A stretch of 44,763 nt of DNA from Conidiobolus incongruus B7586 (taxonomy: Eukaryota): NCBI GenBank assembly GCA_000697335.1, contig JNEM01013511.1:1-44763 (forward strand), in the 5' to 3' direction. A program made the position numbers and the translations under genes. Under the pieces are notes generated by a model. It did no database searches, had not been told where the DNA came from, and saw nothing but the letters and a program-made list of their open reading frames with translations. Positions 1-13,500 of the stretch are shown here, in pieces. Within the stretch, counting starts at the first letter, position 1, and every line of letters starts with the position of its first letter.

Positions 1-248
1 TATGGTTAAGTTTTACTAATACTAAAATAAAAAACTTTTGATAGTTATTATTTAGTTTAAGCATAATTAAATTAAATAACTAATTTTAAAAAATAAATTT
101 TTTAATCAAAAATATTAATATATATATATTTATATAATTCAAAACTATTTATTTTCTTATTTGTTTTGTTTATATTTTTTTATTTGAAATTAATAATATG
201 TTTGAAAAATTAGAAATTACAAAATTTTCTATTTTTTTAATTTTAAGA
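1..248 (-). mobile_element. Terminal part of a mariner element (same family as 24090-25402), truncated by the window start
   Basis: 1-248 aligns with ~25151-25402 (TTAAGTTTTACTAATACTAAAATAAAAAACTTTT... through the internal (TA)n and the degraded TIR) and is followed by TA at 249-250. Confidence 0.8.
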
Positions 249-250
249 TA

Positions 251-2860
251 ATATTAAACCTAACTATAAAATTTTAAAACTCATTTGAAATTTGCTAGTA
301 GTTTATAAAAATATCTTAATATCTAAAGTTATTATTTATTCTTATATTAATTATTTTGAATTTAAAATTGAAATTATTTATAACTTTTAAATATTTATAG
401 GTTAACTTCTATAATTATTTTTGATTTATAAATTAAGAAATATTTTAAATTATTTATTTATTTTAAAAGCTTTAAAGGTAATTTAATATTATATATATAT
501 TTACACTAACTTATAAAAGTAAGTTATAAAATCAAAAACACTTATATTTTTACTAATAATTTAATTAATATTTAATAAAATAAACCTAAATTAAATAATT
601 AAAATCTATTATATTTATTAATTATATATATCATTAAATGATGATATTTAGTTATTAATTAGTTAAAATATAAACCCTTAAATTTTACCTAGGGTAAGTT
701 ATAAATTTATAGGTTTTTGGTGATTAAAAAAATTAAAACCTAGTATATCTACCTTTAGCTTTTTTAACTTTTTTAAGTTTGTAGGGTATAAAATCAATTA
801 ACTTCTTATATTAAAAAAGGTTAATCTTGTTCTATACTTCTTAAATATATTTTTAAAGTTAATTTAAATTTTTTACTGGGGGGAAAACTTTAATAGCTTT
901 TTTTAACTGATCTTAAAGGTATTTAATTAAATTAAAGTTAGGAAATTAAAGAAGCTATTTTATAACTATTATCTTGTTATTTTTAAGTTGTTTAGTAGTA
1001 AAAGTTATAGTATAGTAAAAGGTATTATCTTACTAGAAAATAACATTAGATTTATTTAACTTATATTATTTAATAGTTTTTTTCAATTTATTATTTAGAA
1101 TATTTTAATATATCTCAGTATTAATTCCTTTATTAACTTTATAAAAATACCCTATACCTAAAAACAACATATATCCTCAAATAATAATTAACCTACTATT
1201 ATACTTTTTAGTAAAATTAATATAATAATTATAAAGTAGTTTTGTATCTTTTCTAAAATATCTAGCTTTTTTATTAAATCTACTAAGATATATTTTTATT
1301 TCATTAAACTAAATAACTTTATTTTAATTAATTTTAATTTAACATTAGTAGTAATATTTAAACTCTTACTTAATTTTACAATGGGATTTTTTTAGTTAAA
1401 GGTGTTTTTTCTTAAAGTGTAAATAATATCTATGTTAATATAAAGCACATATAATAATATTAGTGCTAACTAATATTCTTATATAGTTTTATAGTTTTTG
1501 TTATATTTCTATAGTAGTATTACATTTACCTATATTAACTAACCTATAAATATACTTCTTATTATATTTATTTATAATTTTAACATACTTAAGTTTAAGT
1601 TTAAATGTTTCTTTATTGCTATTCTTAATAACTTTAACTATAGTAAACTAGCTAACACTAGTAATTCTAATAGTATCATAAGTTGATTTATCTTTTTTAT
1701 AAAGTTAATTAATATACAAGTAGATTTTTTTAAAAAGGGATTTAGGTATAATAATACTAATAAAAAAAATTTAATATATCTATAAAATATTATATAAAAT
1801 AATAACAAAGAGAGAAAAAAGATATGGTTATATATTGTTAAATATATCCCCTTATCTCAAAAACTTGTAAATTTATAACCCATCTTGGTTAAATATTAAA
1901 GGTTAATATTTTTGCTAATAGTTTATTAAATTTATCTAAATATATTTATTTATTATTAAATAATATACCTTAATTATATATTATAGTTTCAAGTAATCTA
2001 ATATATACAATTGTTTTAGTTATTAATTAAAATATATATATTTTTGATTTTATAACTCATTTTTGTTGGTTAGTATATATATATTATATATTTAAGTTTA
2101 AACTTAAATTAATTAATAAAACTATAATAATAAATAATATATAATCTATTAGAAGCTTAGAAAAAAATTAATTAATGATCATTAAATAATACTAATTTAG
2201 AAATTACTATGATTAAAATATCTTATATTAAAGTTTTTTAATCAATAAAACTTATATTCCTTTAAATTATCCTTTACTTAAAACAAAGCACAATATTAAG
2301 TTAAGCTGAGATAATCCTTTGTATCAACTTTATAAAACAAATATTATATCAATACTTAAAATTAGCTTTTAAAATAAATTTTAATACTATATAGTTTATT
2401 ATTTTATTATTAAAGATAAGTAAAATAACAACAAGTGATATATATTATTAAACTGATTTTCATATAATCAATTTTTTAACTAAAATCAAAAATACCTATT
2501 ATTTTATATAGATTACAAAATTCATAATATAAAGGAATAAAAAAATTATATTTATAAAAATTCAAAAGAACTATTATATCTAATATATTTATTAGAATAT
2601 AACATATATATTTATAACTCATTTAAGTAGTTAAATAAAATATACTTATAAAAAATAACCCTTACAAACAGGTTTAACTAGTTTATAAAATATTAAATTT
2701 TAGTATTTAATAAAAAGAACTATTTTTTTAAATGTTAGAAATCTAACAAAATTATGGCAAGAATATTATTAATAATAAACAAATTAATTTTATATTATAT
2801 TTTATATTAGAGATCATATTTAATTTTTATTTCAAAATACTATATTTATGTAAATTTTGT
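251..2860 (+). mobile_element. Divergent, degenerate mariner-related element interrupted by a Tc1 (504-2075)
   Basis: 251-500 resembles 37470-37740 and 2078-2850 resembles 37745 onward (TTTAAACTTAAATTAAT...). A decayed HPxYSPDxxPxD motif lies near 2575-2615. The right boundary is approximate. Confidence 0.6.
504..2075 (-). mobile_element. Degenerate Tc1-family DNA transposon (~1.57 kb) with long (~215 bp) IR/DR-type TIRs
   Basis: TA|CACTAAC...GTTAGTA|TA ends; 504-720 is the inverted repeat of 1858-2075. Minus-strand remnants: *NKVI*FNEIK (~1295-1327; cf. WxKVIWSDETK), TKKYNSRLIII*GY (cf. TVKHGGGSIMVWGC) and *LL*FPNFNLIKYL*DQLK (~900-960; cf. WPPQSPDLNPIEHLW). Confidence 0.8.
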
Positions 2861-3924
2861 ATTAATACTATTTTAATAGTATATTTTCTATATAGTATTT
2901 TTGAATAAGTTTATAATTAACATAATCATATAAGATCAGGATTATTTTCCAAATTGTATTATTTGATTGATTACAATAAACTTTAAATTAGAATATTTTA
3001 ATATAGAAACTTAATATTAATAAATATTGGAATGAAAATAAATAAACATTTTATTATAAGATTGATAACTTAATATATATGATTATTAATTTAATTTAAT
3101 TTAATTTAATATATTAATATCAGTAATTAATTAATCTGAGTATTTATACTCAATTAATAATTTTTTCAAAATCTTGATTTCTTATAATAATTATCTAAAA
3201 TTGAAATAATATTTTAACATAAGTCATTAATATTATAATCTAATATATTTAAAATATATTGCCTTAATTAATTATATTAATGATTATCAGAATGATGATT
3301 TTATTTATAATGTTAAAAATATTAAATTGCAATTCAAAGAAATTAATAATATGACTTTTTCATGGATTTAGTGAATAAGCAATATTATAATGAGGTTTAA
3401 AATATCAATATTTTCATAACTCAGCATATTATTATATTTGTCAATGATTATTATTCTTTGGATAATTTATAATTCTTTATTATTTAAGAAGAATATATTG
3501 ATAGGTTTTATAATAAAATCAAATATTTTTCGAGGTTATTATTAACTATTATTAGTTTCTTTTATATAATTAAATTATTAAGATATCGAATTTGTTATTT
3601 TTACAAATTTAAGATAATTTATATTGATTTTACTATATATCTAATGTTGACATAAATATCAAAATTTATTTTATATATCGAATAATATAATTATCTTTTT
3701 ATAATTAGAAATTATAATCATTCATTTGATGATATACATCAAATTAAAAGTTGGATATAATATCACATTGATGTAATATTTAAATTTTATTTATTAATAC
3801 AATTAATTTTTTGATTTAAAGTATATTTTATTAATATAAGTTTTTCAGTATATTGATATTTTAATAAATTTGCTCGAGTAGAAATTGATATTTAAATTTC
3901 ACTGAATTATATATATATATATAT

Positions 3925-4258
3925 TAACACGTCTTGGGAAAGGCGTGTCCAGAGTAGTTTATGTTAAAGAGAGAGATCTGGGAAATTCCAGGTAAGTGTT
4001 AGGGAGATAAGGGGTTTATTGATTTAAGTCAAATAGCTGGGAGGATCCAGACCAAACTCTTCCTGCTGAGAATAGCTCTAATTCCAGGTTTTATATAGTG
4101 TGGGTTGGGTAACGTGATTCATTAGATTATCCGGTGACTTGCATCATCGGCCAATTAAATGATAGAGCAAGAGCAGATGGTATGTGAAGGGGAAAAGACT
4201 TTAACATTAGGTTGATATAAAGATACTTAGGTAGAAGGGAGTCACCTGACTCGTGACA
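3925..4258 (-). mobile_element. Solo LTR (334 bp), family A copy 1
   Basis: GC-richer island homologous to 21351-21682. Ends TAACAC...GTGACA (one terminal TG/CA mutated), flanked by ATAT/ATAT 4-bp duplication. Minus-strand TATATAAAA (~4089-4097) then AATAAA (~4015-4020). Confidence 0.8.
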
Positions 4259-4758
4259 ATATAATTATGAAATAATCTTTTATTTAGTTTTTTGTAAGTA
4301 TTATACATTAATATGAGTGATTATAAGTGTGGTATTGCCTTTTTGAACGGGATCATATTAATGTATAAAAGTTTTTTTCCGATTTGATTGTAATAGATTC
4401 TATAATTATATAATTTATTAATTAAATATAATATGTATTCATTATAGTTTTTATATATTATCTCTCTCATTTTATATATTTTTCCAATCATATTGAAAAT
4501 TTGAAAATAAGAGAAATAAATTACTCAGAATCACTTATTTACTGACTTATATCATATATTAAGTATTCACAATAAATAATAAATATCTAATAAATATATT
4601 GAATAATTCTTAAATATTATAATTTTAGTATTATTTTTTATATGAATATCAAAAGAAAATACCAAATAGCAACAATTGTTATGGTAATTAATAGCAGGTA
4701 TATAGCAATATAAAAAATACTGCAATAGTATACTATTTATATCTTGTTATAAAATAAT

Positions 4759-7248
4759 AAGCTTACTCAAATCTGTCCCACTTTTTCCAATTTTCAATTT
4801 GACTGGTTTTTTCCCAAACCAAAATTGGTTACTCAGCTAAAAAAATCAAAAAAATTGGTTAAAAAAAATAACTTACTAATTTTTTTGATTCATAAAACCC
4901 ACTAGTTTTCTCCCATAAAATATAAAAATAAAGCTAAAGGTTTATCATTACAATTTATAGCAGTGTGACTTTATTATATATTAATCAAACAATTTTTATT
5001 TTGTTCTAAATACCATATAAATTTATTAACAAGAACATTGCTTTTAAGCTTTATCTTGTTTTTTTCTCTTATATCATCTATTATTAATACTAGTAATAAT
5101 AATAAAAACTCCCTTAAACTATATTTGATAGAAGCTATACTTAGTTGGTTAAGGCAAGAGGAATATTATAAATCCTGATGCTTTAATAAATGTTTTTTTT
5201 CAAATATATAGGTCTGTCTTTATTTTAAAAGAAATAAATTATATAAAATTAAGAAAAAAGCTTGATAAAATATTTAATCATATAAGAACTCTTATTCACA
5301 AATTTAAAATTACTAAATAAGTTCTAATAAATAAACAATATAATAGAAATAGCCTTTTGTTTATAATAATTAATACTTTTATAATATAAGATAATTTAGT
5401 TTTTAGAGCTTTTAATATAGCTCTTATAACCTTTCCATTATATAACTAATTTTATTATAAAGAATAAAATAATAATAACTTTTATCTTTTGTTGTTTTTT
5501 CTAAGTGAAAGCTTTAAAAATATAAGAAATAATGAAAAAAAAGTAAAAATACTTAACTTTCCCTCTTCCTTAAGATTATAAAAGAAAATATACAAGAGTA
5601 AAATAAAATCTTAAAATAATAAATTAAGCTACAATAATTACAAAAAGATAATATTTAGAAATATTAGAATAACAATAATTTTTTATAAAAAAACTCTTCA
5701 AATTAATACAAAAAAATTTAAAAAATGCTATTAATTTATATGATTTTTATTTTAAAATAAAATATAATCAAAAAAAATATTTAAAATAATTAGCTAAATA
5801 TTAGTTTATAATGACATTATTTTTTGTAATTTATTTAATTTAGTAAAATCATTTTATATATCAATTATATTTTGTTTATTATCATCAACATTAATATTTT
5901 CACTAGTTTCTTTTTTAATTTCTTTTTTTATACTATAATTTTATTTATTAAGAAAAATAAAATTATAAAGGAAAATAATTATATATATAAATATAGCAAT
6001 AAATTGATAAGCTTTTATATTTTATATATAATAAAATAATAACCATGAATAAAGAAAGATAGTTTTCCAAATACCAAAAGTTTTTTTATTATAAATTACT
6101 CTCTATTATATATAATATTAAATTCTTTTATTTTTTGTTTTATGAAAAAAAGATAGCTTTAATATAATTTCTTTAAAATAAAATAGCTATAAACTTATTA
6201 TTAATATAATCTATAAACACAGAAATTAAATAAAGATATTTATTTGTTATTAATAATAAATTAACTTAAGTATGAAAAAACTATATTATTTATTATTATT
6301 TATAAGAAAATATTTTTTTTGTTTAAAATATTTATTTGACTTATTGAATAATTTAGATTTTTTTAAAATATTAGAGTTATGATATAGTTTAGGTTTTTTA
6401 AACTTAAAATATATAAACTAATTAAAAGGTAATAAAATAATTATATATATTCAAAGCTATGTATATTTTTTCTGTTATAATATAACTTAGTATAAAATAT
6501 AACCTGATTTTCAAGTATAATATGACTATCATTTAAATAACCAATATAATTATTAAAAAAGAATTATTTTGAATAAGATTCCCCTATATTATAATAATGT
6601 TCTAGCTAAATTATTTGACTATCTAGTTTTTTTTAATAGAGTATATTATTTTTTTAATATATGAAATAATAGTTTCTTCTTTTATTTGGAACTCTTTTAT
6701 TATATCCTTTAAATATATTTTTTGTAACTTAGTTAATAAAGTGTAACTATTAACTGGGTTCCTAAAGATACTTATTTTCCTTGATAAAAAAAAATAAAAT
6801 TTCTATATAATTATAAAATATTAGCAAGTTAGAAAAACTTAACCCTTAACATCTTCATTTATTTTTTGAAATCATTTTTTAAAAAAAAATTATATATAGA
6901 CTATTATAACAAGTATAGTATATATAACAATTGTAGAGATATGTATCTTGAGGTTTTTAGTTCAAATAATAATCTTAAAATTGCTGGATCATTTGAGTTC
7001 TCATTAAAGTTTATTATAATAAGGGTAATAAGGAACTCTATCATTTCTTTTATGCTAGGCATAGCAAAAGAATAAAACTAGTGAGGTGATTTTGATGAAT
7101 ATTATATATTTTTGGTTTGAGAAAAGGAAGATTTAGAGTTAATTATTGAAAAGTCACTGAGTTTTTTTTGGGTTATATTTAAGTACATTTTTAACATTTT
7201 TCAGAAAAATCAGAAAAATCAAAAATCAGGGTAGATTTGAGTAGGCCC
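4759..7248 (-). mobile_element. Degenerate PIF/Harbinger DNA transposon (~2.5 kb)
   Basis: TIRs AAGCTTACTCAAATCTG / TAGATTTGAGTAGGCCC with AAT on both flanks. Minus-strand remnants YIGYLNDSHI...YYNRK (~6470-6549), KPKLYHNSNILKKS and IKKTFGIWK (~6062-6090) match the Harbinger DDE motifs CIGxIDGTHI...YxNRK, GxPGSxHDxxI and IERAFGxxK. Confidence 0.75.
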
Positions 7249-8941
7249 AATATTTTAAATATTGATATTATGTATTTTATATTATAACCAGTATATTTAT
7301 ATTTATAATATAAAATTATATAAAATTATATATATGAAAGTTGCTAGTGCTGAATTATATATGAACCAAATCATCAATAATATAGAATTTTTATATATAA
7401 TATTCAATAATTTATATTGGATTACATTTCTGTTGTAGCTAAGTAATGAAATATTATTTAAATATAATTATTTAAATCAGCATTAAATGAATTGATATTC
7501 GTTTTAATTGTATCATTAGTTTACGATATCCTTGATTGACTAAATAAATATATTATATATATTATATCAATCATTTATAAAATCCTGTCAACGTTAAATT
7601 AATAAGCTTACACATTATTTTAAATCAAAATGTTGTTTAAATGTATTCAAAATATACATTTCCTAGGTGTTGTATATCCAATACTTTATATATTAACAAT
7701 GATGAAATAATTGATCAAATTTAATAATATATCATATTAATCAATGAGCTTGAACTGAAATTCAGTTAAATATAGTACAATAATTTGAATAGATTATGGA
7801 ACTTCAAAAAGTATATTAAAATATATAATAGATATAATCGTTATTAATTTTAATACTTCAAAATTACTATTTAACATTCTGAGGTCAACACATTTACTTT
7901 AGGTGAAATAATAGAATTAACAGGGTCATTACTTAATATCTAACATGGTATTCAAATTTATTATTTGAAATACAATAAAGTTAAAAATGACATTGATATA
8001 TTGATAAAAGATTATTTATAATTGAAAGGTGAATATATTAATTCTTAAAATTTTAAAAATTTGTTATCAAAATATTTAAATATTGCGGATCAATTTGACT
8101 GGTACTTGTGATTTTAACCGCAACCACAATCAATCATGAAATGCAGTAAATTAGGAAATTTTGAATAAGTTATAGCAAAGAATATTTTGTAATATTAATA
8201 AATATATAATGATATAAAACTTCAGATGATTTTATAAAACATATACATATTGATTTAAAATATCAACCTTATTATTTTAAATAAAATAATCTAATATTAA
8301 ACTAAATTAAATTTAAATTTGATCTAATAAGTAGTAACATTTAATAATCAAAGATGGATCTTATAAGAGTTATAGTATATATTAAAAATGCTGTCATTGT
8401 AAACAATGGTCGCTAGTAACAGAATGTAGAATTTGAAAATTGAAGGTACATATTTTAAATAATATGATTAGATTTGTTATAATATTTTCAATATTCACTA
8501 TATTTTAATTTCATTACATGGATAATTTTTAATTTGAAAATCAACACTTTGAAATTACATTCAAACCCTTGCATCAAAATTACTAAAATTTGATTTAATT
8601 AAAAGAGAATTTTAATTGTTAAATATTATCAACTATTTCAAACTATAAAAATAATAAAATTTGACAACTGTTATAGTATTAGATTAAATATTCAATATCA
8701 AAATATTAAAATATTTATTTTTAAATTTAAAAAACTTATATTAGTTAAAATATAAAGAATAGTTTATTTGTTGTGATTGGGAAGTTCAATTTCACTGAAT
8801 TTTTAATTTGGCTATGAATTGTGGAGAAAAGTGGAGAAATCGTCGAATGCGGGTTGGGGAAATTTTGGATGAAATAATCAAAATTAACAAATCAAAGCCA
8901 AAGCGCAAGTTAAAGGAGAGGTGGGTATTTTACCAAGGAAA

Positions 8942-10444
8942 TTAAATAAACAAGGCAGCAATGACAGTGGCGGCTGCGAGGGAGGCGAACGAGGGTAGTA
9001 AATATTGACCGTTGCTACTACCTTTTCCACCAGAAGCTTTCTTTTGGAGATTGGCAGTCTTTGCCAAACATTTGTCCTCATCCTTTTCGGTAGGATTATT
9101 GATTTGACCAACGCTATCTTTAGTACAGGCCTCCTTATTGTTCTTGGACTTGACGTACATGGAGTTCAAAGCGTAACTGAGCTGAGTTGCGGGATCACAG
9201 AATGACAAGTCACCATATTCACCTTTTTCACCATCGGCAGCTAAGCGAGTACAGTCTACACCACCTTCACCACAGGCATACTTGAATTTATCTCCGACGT
9301 CGTTCTTTTCATCAGTGACATTATAGGACTTGGAAACAATGCAGCTGTAAGTATTCATCAAACAGCTACAAGCTTCTTCAGAGGGAGTAGGAGGAAGTTT
9401 CTGAGAAACCTTCCATTTGGGGCCGGAAGCAGGGCATTGAGAACCATCAGTATTGGAGGGATTGTAGCTATTCTTATTGGTGAGCTTAGGACTGATCTTG
9501 CTGAGTTGTTCTTTATAGGTATCAAAATCTGGTAATTTATCGAAGTTATCACCATTGACCTTGACCAAACCATAGTTGTTTGCTTCTTCTGTAAATTCGT
9601 AGATTAAACCACCAGAAAAGACATTACTCATGGGTTCAGAGTATAAGGCAGGGACATCTCCAAATTGACGAGGTTGGACTTCGTTACAGCCATATTCGGA
9701 GAAGAAGACGGGAATACCGTAGTTCTCAAACATCTTGGTCTTCTCATCATACTTAGACTTTTTCATATCAGAATCACCACACCATGAGTAGATATTGTAA
9801 CCGAAGAAATCGATGCGTTCTTCTTTGGGTCCACAATTAAAATAATCAACAATGTTTTGGAGAGTATCAGCATCATCGTTGTTAGCATAACCAATTGGGA
9901 TGTATCTGGATTGAGCCTTCATGTGGGCCTTCATATCACGGATAGTGGCCTTGACGAAAGGGTTGGAATCGGTGTTAGTGAGATCATTGTTTACTTCATT
10001 ACCAGCAAAGTAAGCCAAAGTATTGTCATATTTGGCAAAGGCATCAGCCTTATCCATAAAGGCTTTGAGAATGGTAGTATCGTATTTAGGATCCTTACGG
10101 TTGATAGATGTCTTGGGATTGGATAAATCCAAAATCAAATAGATACCAGCATCAGCTAACATCTTCATACCTTGGTCGTGGTCGAGCTCAGGATAAGCTT
10201 CGTATACACGGATAGTATTGATACCCAATTCTTTGAATAATTTAATAGCGTTAGCTAATTGACTGGTATTAGCAATGGGATCTTGTTTTCCAGAGCCACC
10301 AGGTTGGTAAGCAACACCCTTGATGACAAATTCTTCACCGGTTTTTGAGTTGAACCATTTTTGACCTTTGATTTCAATAGGGTCAATACCATAAACAAGA
10401 GAAACAGATAACAAAGAGAGTATGTTAAAAAACTTAGGAAGCAT
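8942..10444 (-). CDS. GH72 beta-1,3-glucanosyltransferase (Gas/Gel/Phr-like) with X8/CBM43 domain, predicted GPI-anchored, copy 1 (500 aa)
   Basis: Signal peptide; IKGVAYQ, LGINTIRVY, catalytic GNE and FFSEYGC, SGGLIYEF motifs; Cys-rich X8 (YACG...DC...YGDLSFCD...QLSYAL); SSNG followed by a hydrophobic C-terminus. Confidence 0.96.
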   Translation of the reverse strand: MLPKFFNILSLLSVSLVYGIDPIEIKGQKWFNSKTGEEFVIKGVAYQPGGSGKQDPIANTSQLANAIKLFKELGINTIRVYEAYPELDHDQGMKMLADAGIYLILDLSNPKTSINRKDPKYDTTILKAFMDKADAFAKYDNTLAYFAGNEVNNDLTNTDSNPFVKATIRDMKAHMKAQSRYIPIGYANNDDADTLQNIVDYFNCGPKEERIDFFGYNIYSWCGDSDMKKSKYDEKTKMFENYGIPVFFSEYGCNEVQPRQFGDVPALYSEPMSNVFSGGLIYEFTEEANNYGLVKVNGDNFDKLPDFDTYKEQLSKISPKLTNKNSYNPSNTDGSQCPASGPKWKVSQKLPPTPSEEACSCLMNTYSCIVSKSYNVTDEKNDVGDKFKYACGEGGVDCTRLAADGEKGEYGDLSFCDPATQLSYALNSMYVKSKNNKEACTKDSVGQINNPTEKDEDKCLAKTANLQKKASGGKGSSNGQYLLPSFASLAAATVIAALFI

Positions 10445-10571
10445 AATGAATATATCTTATGTGTGTTTGACTTTAGATATAAATTAAATTAGGAATAAAA
10501 CTATTAAAAAAAGTGATAAATATTGAGTGAAACTTGAAAATAGTTGAACTAATTGTACTGGACAAGGACCT

Positions 10572-10579
10572 AATTTATA
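10572..10579 (-). promoter_or_regulatory. Putative TATA box of GH72 copy 1
   Basis: TATAAATT ~130 bp upstream of the ATG; an equivalent motif sits at the same spacing in copies 2-4. Confidence 0.55.
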
Positions 10580-13500
10580 CCAATTTGACTATTGCACGAG
10601 AGGGGTTGAGAGGAGCACTTAATTGGAATGTAGAAATTCGAAATATTCGATTAGTAGATTTGTTAATTTAAAGATTCCACACCATTTTTGTATATTAATG
10701 GTAATTTAATTTGATTAACTGTGTTACTGGAATATGTTGCTTATATCACTTTTTAATCAATAGAATAGTCATTTTACATTCCATTCCCAAATCTTTAATA
10801 TGATTGGCTCATTCATCCAATTCTATCCAATGATTTTTATCAATCAATACGCCAAGTCAATTTTAATAATTAATATGCTTTTGCTATCCAATAAAACGCC
10901 CTAAACGATAAAACACATAATATTTTAAGGGTTTTAATATCTCTTTCCACTTTTTTCAAGGCAAAGATATATATCTCTAGAATAATTGACAGATATTTAT
11001 CAATCTATTCACCAAATTTGACCTACAAATTCAATTTTAATTATCTAAACAAAAATATTACAAAATATAATAACATTGTTATTTATACTTTGATTTAATA
11101 TACAACAATTTGAATAATGATAATTGTGATGGAAATAATTAATTGAAATTTGATAAGTTTAAACTGGCATATTCACTAAATTAACCAATTTAATTATATC
11201 TATTTAATTCATTAATATTTCTTCAAAGATTAATAATCTCTTGTTAATTGCCATTAATTAATTAATCGATTTTAATTTAGTTGATATTTAAGTAATGATG
11301 ATAATAATATTTGCGATAATCTTATTTAACAAAGAGTTATCATAACTATGACTGTGAAAAAATATTGGATTGATTATTTTTAAAAGATGGCAGAGACTGA
11401 ATCAATGAACTAATGATTAAATCATCCCATTTGGAATCCTTTGTTCATCCAAAACCTCCTATCTCCTGTAAAATTATCTCCTAGATATACAGTTAGAAAA
11501 TAATTAAATTATACTTATTATATGATTTTAAAATTAAATATAAAAAGGATATTATAGCTATAATTATATAATGTAATATCACTTAATCAACATTAGAAAT
11601 GTATATTTTTCTATTCATTTTTCATTTGGACTATCTCATCAAATAGAAATTAAATCTTCTATATTCCAATTCCAATAGTGTTTTGTAGTCAAAATTAGTG
11701 GAAATAAAATGTAAATTGTTAAACTTGGCATTTAGAACAATATTTCTAGTAAGTTATCTATTTGATACGGATATATTATTGTATAAATTTATTACTATAT
11801 ATGAAAATGTTGAGATGTATTGTTCTTAATACGTATTTTGGAATTTTTTTGATATTTTATTTTAAGAAATCAATAAATATACAATATTAAAAAAATTATA
11901 ATCCTAAATCTGTGATAAAAATATAATAATAAAAAATAATAATAGTCATTTTATTTAATGTAATATCAAATATAACTACCGTTAATTATATATAATCGAA
12001 TAATTTTAATGTATTTTGATTCGTACCAAATGATTGTATTGATTTTTTACTAAGCTGTTAAGAATTATATTAATAAAAGAGCTAATGATATTAGTTTTTC
12101 CTCAATATCATAAGCTAGAATAATATATATTGTTATATATTCTTTGAATTTAAAATAATTTTATGCTTGATTTTTTGATTAAATTCTATGCATGAAAAAA
12201 ATATATACACTTGATTATCATTATAATTATAGTTAAGGATTTTTATCATAACATGATATGATATGATTCGATAGAAAATTTTTTCAACAAATTGAATATA
12301 AAGTAATAGTATCACTCTGAAAGAATGTAAATCATACATCAGAAACAAGTTAATATATATCATTAGTGAAAAATTTAGTGTAAATTAATTTTTATTGCAT
12401 TACATAGTTGCCAACTAATTAATAAACTGAGAAATAGAAAATTATCAACTTGTGCTAGATAATATGAGAACATTTTAAAATTTTCTCACTAAATCCGATA
12501 TATATTTTAAAGTTCTAAATATAGTTAAAAAATTAAAGTTTGTATATATCGCAATATATTAGTTTTGTAACTATTGTCATATAATTATTAGGTTTAAAAA
12601 ATTTAATTAAATAATTTTAAACTTTAAAATAATAACTAAAAATATTAATTTTTGATTTATCATCCTATAATAGTTTGAGATTAATTTTATTATGGATATT
12701 GTAATCATATATATTTAATTAATAAATCTTTGATTCAATAAATTATTTTTTTAAATCTATTTCAATTTATCAAACTGAAAATATATTAAAAAACTGTATT
12801 GAAGTTATAATTTGAAAAAAACAATAAATTAATTTATATTTTTATATTATTTTTAAAATTTATAAATCCAAAACATTTAAAAATAAATTTTATCAAATTT
12901 AATATAAAATCAAAAACAGAATAAATTAATTTTATTTCTATCCCATAATTTCAAATTATATATTTTTCATTTAAAATTTTCTTCATTCAATAAAAAATAA
13001 ATAGTTTAATTAAAACAATACTAATGTAAAATAATACTAAAGTATAAATTTCAAATAAATAATTAATTAATTATAAATTAATCAGAAATTAGAATTAAAT
13101 AATTGGTTAATTGGTTTAACTTCATATATTTCATTGATTTTTATTATATCTAAGATATATATCCAATGGTTTTATAGTTATTATCAATGGTTAAAGCAAA
13201 TAAAATATGTAAAATTCATAAATTAAAAATGATATAATTTATTATATATTTATATGCTTATAAATATATTAGTTAATATAATATTATTATATGATATATA
13301 TTAAATGCTTCAAAAACAATCATAATATTAGTAAAAATAATGTAATTCATCGAAAAATATAGTGATTACAATAATTCAAAAATAATTAATAAGATATAAA
13401 CGAAAGAAAAACTTTGTTTATTAGTAAAAAAATACTATTTCTAAAATTAATTAATTTTAACGATATCAATTACTTCATCAAAAATCATAATAAAATAAAA

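Noticed and set aside
6866..7075. 69-aa plus-strand ORF
   Set aside because: Lies inside the Harbinger element, antisense to its transposase remnant, with a TTG start.
4758..7250. hAT or Mutator assignment for the TIR element
   Set aside because: No 8-9 bp target duplication; 3-bp AAT flanks and protein remnants fit PIF/Harbinger.
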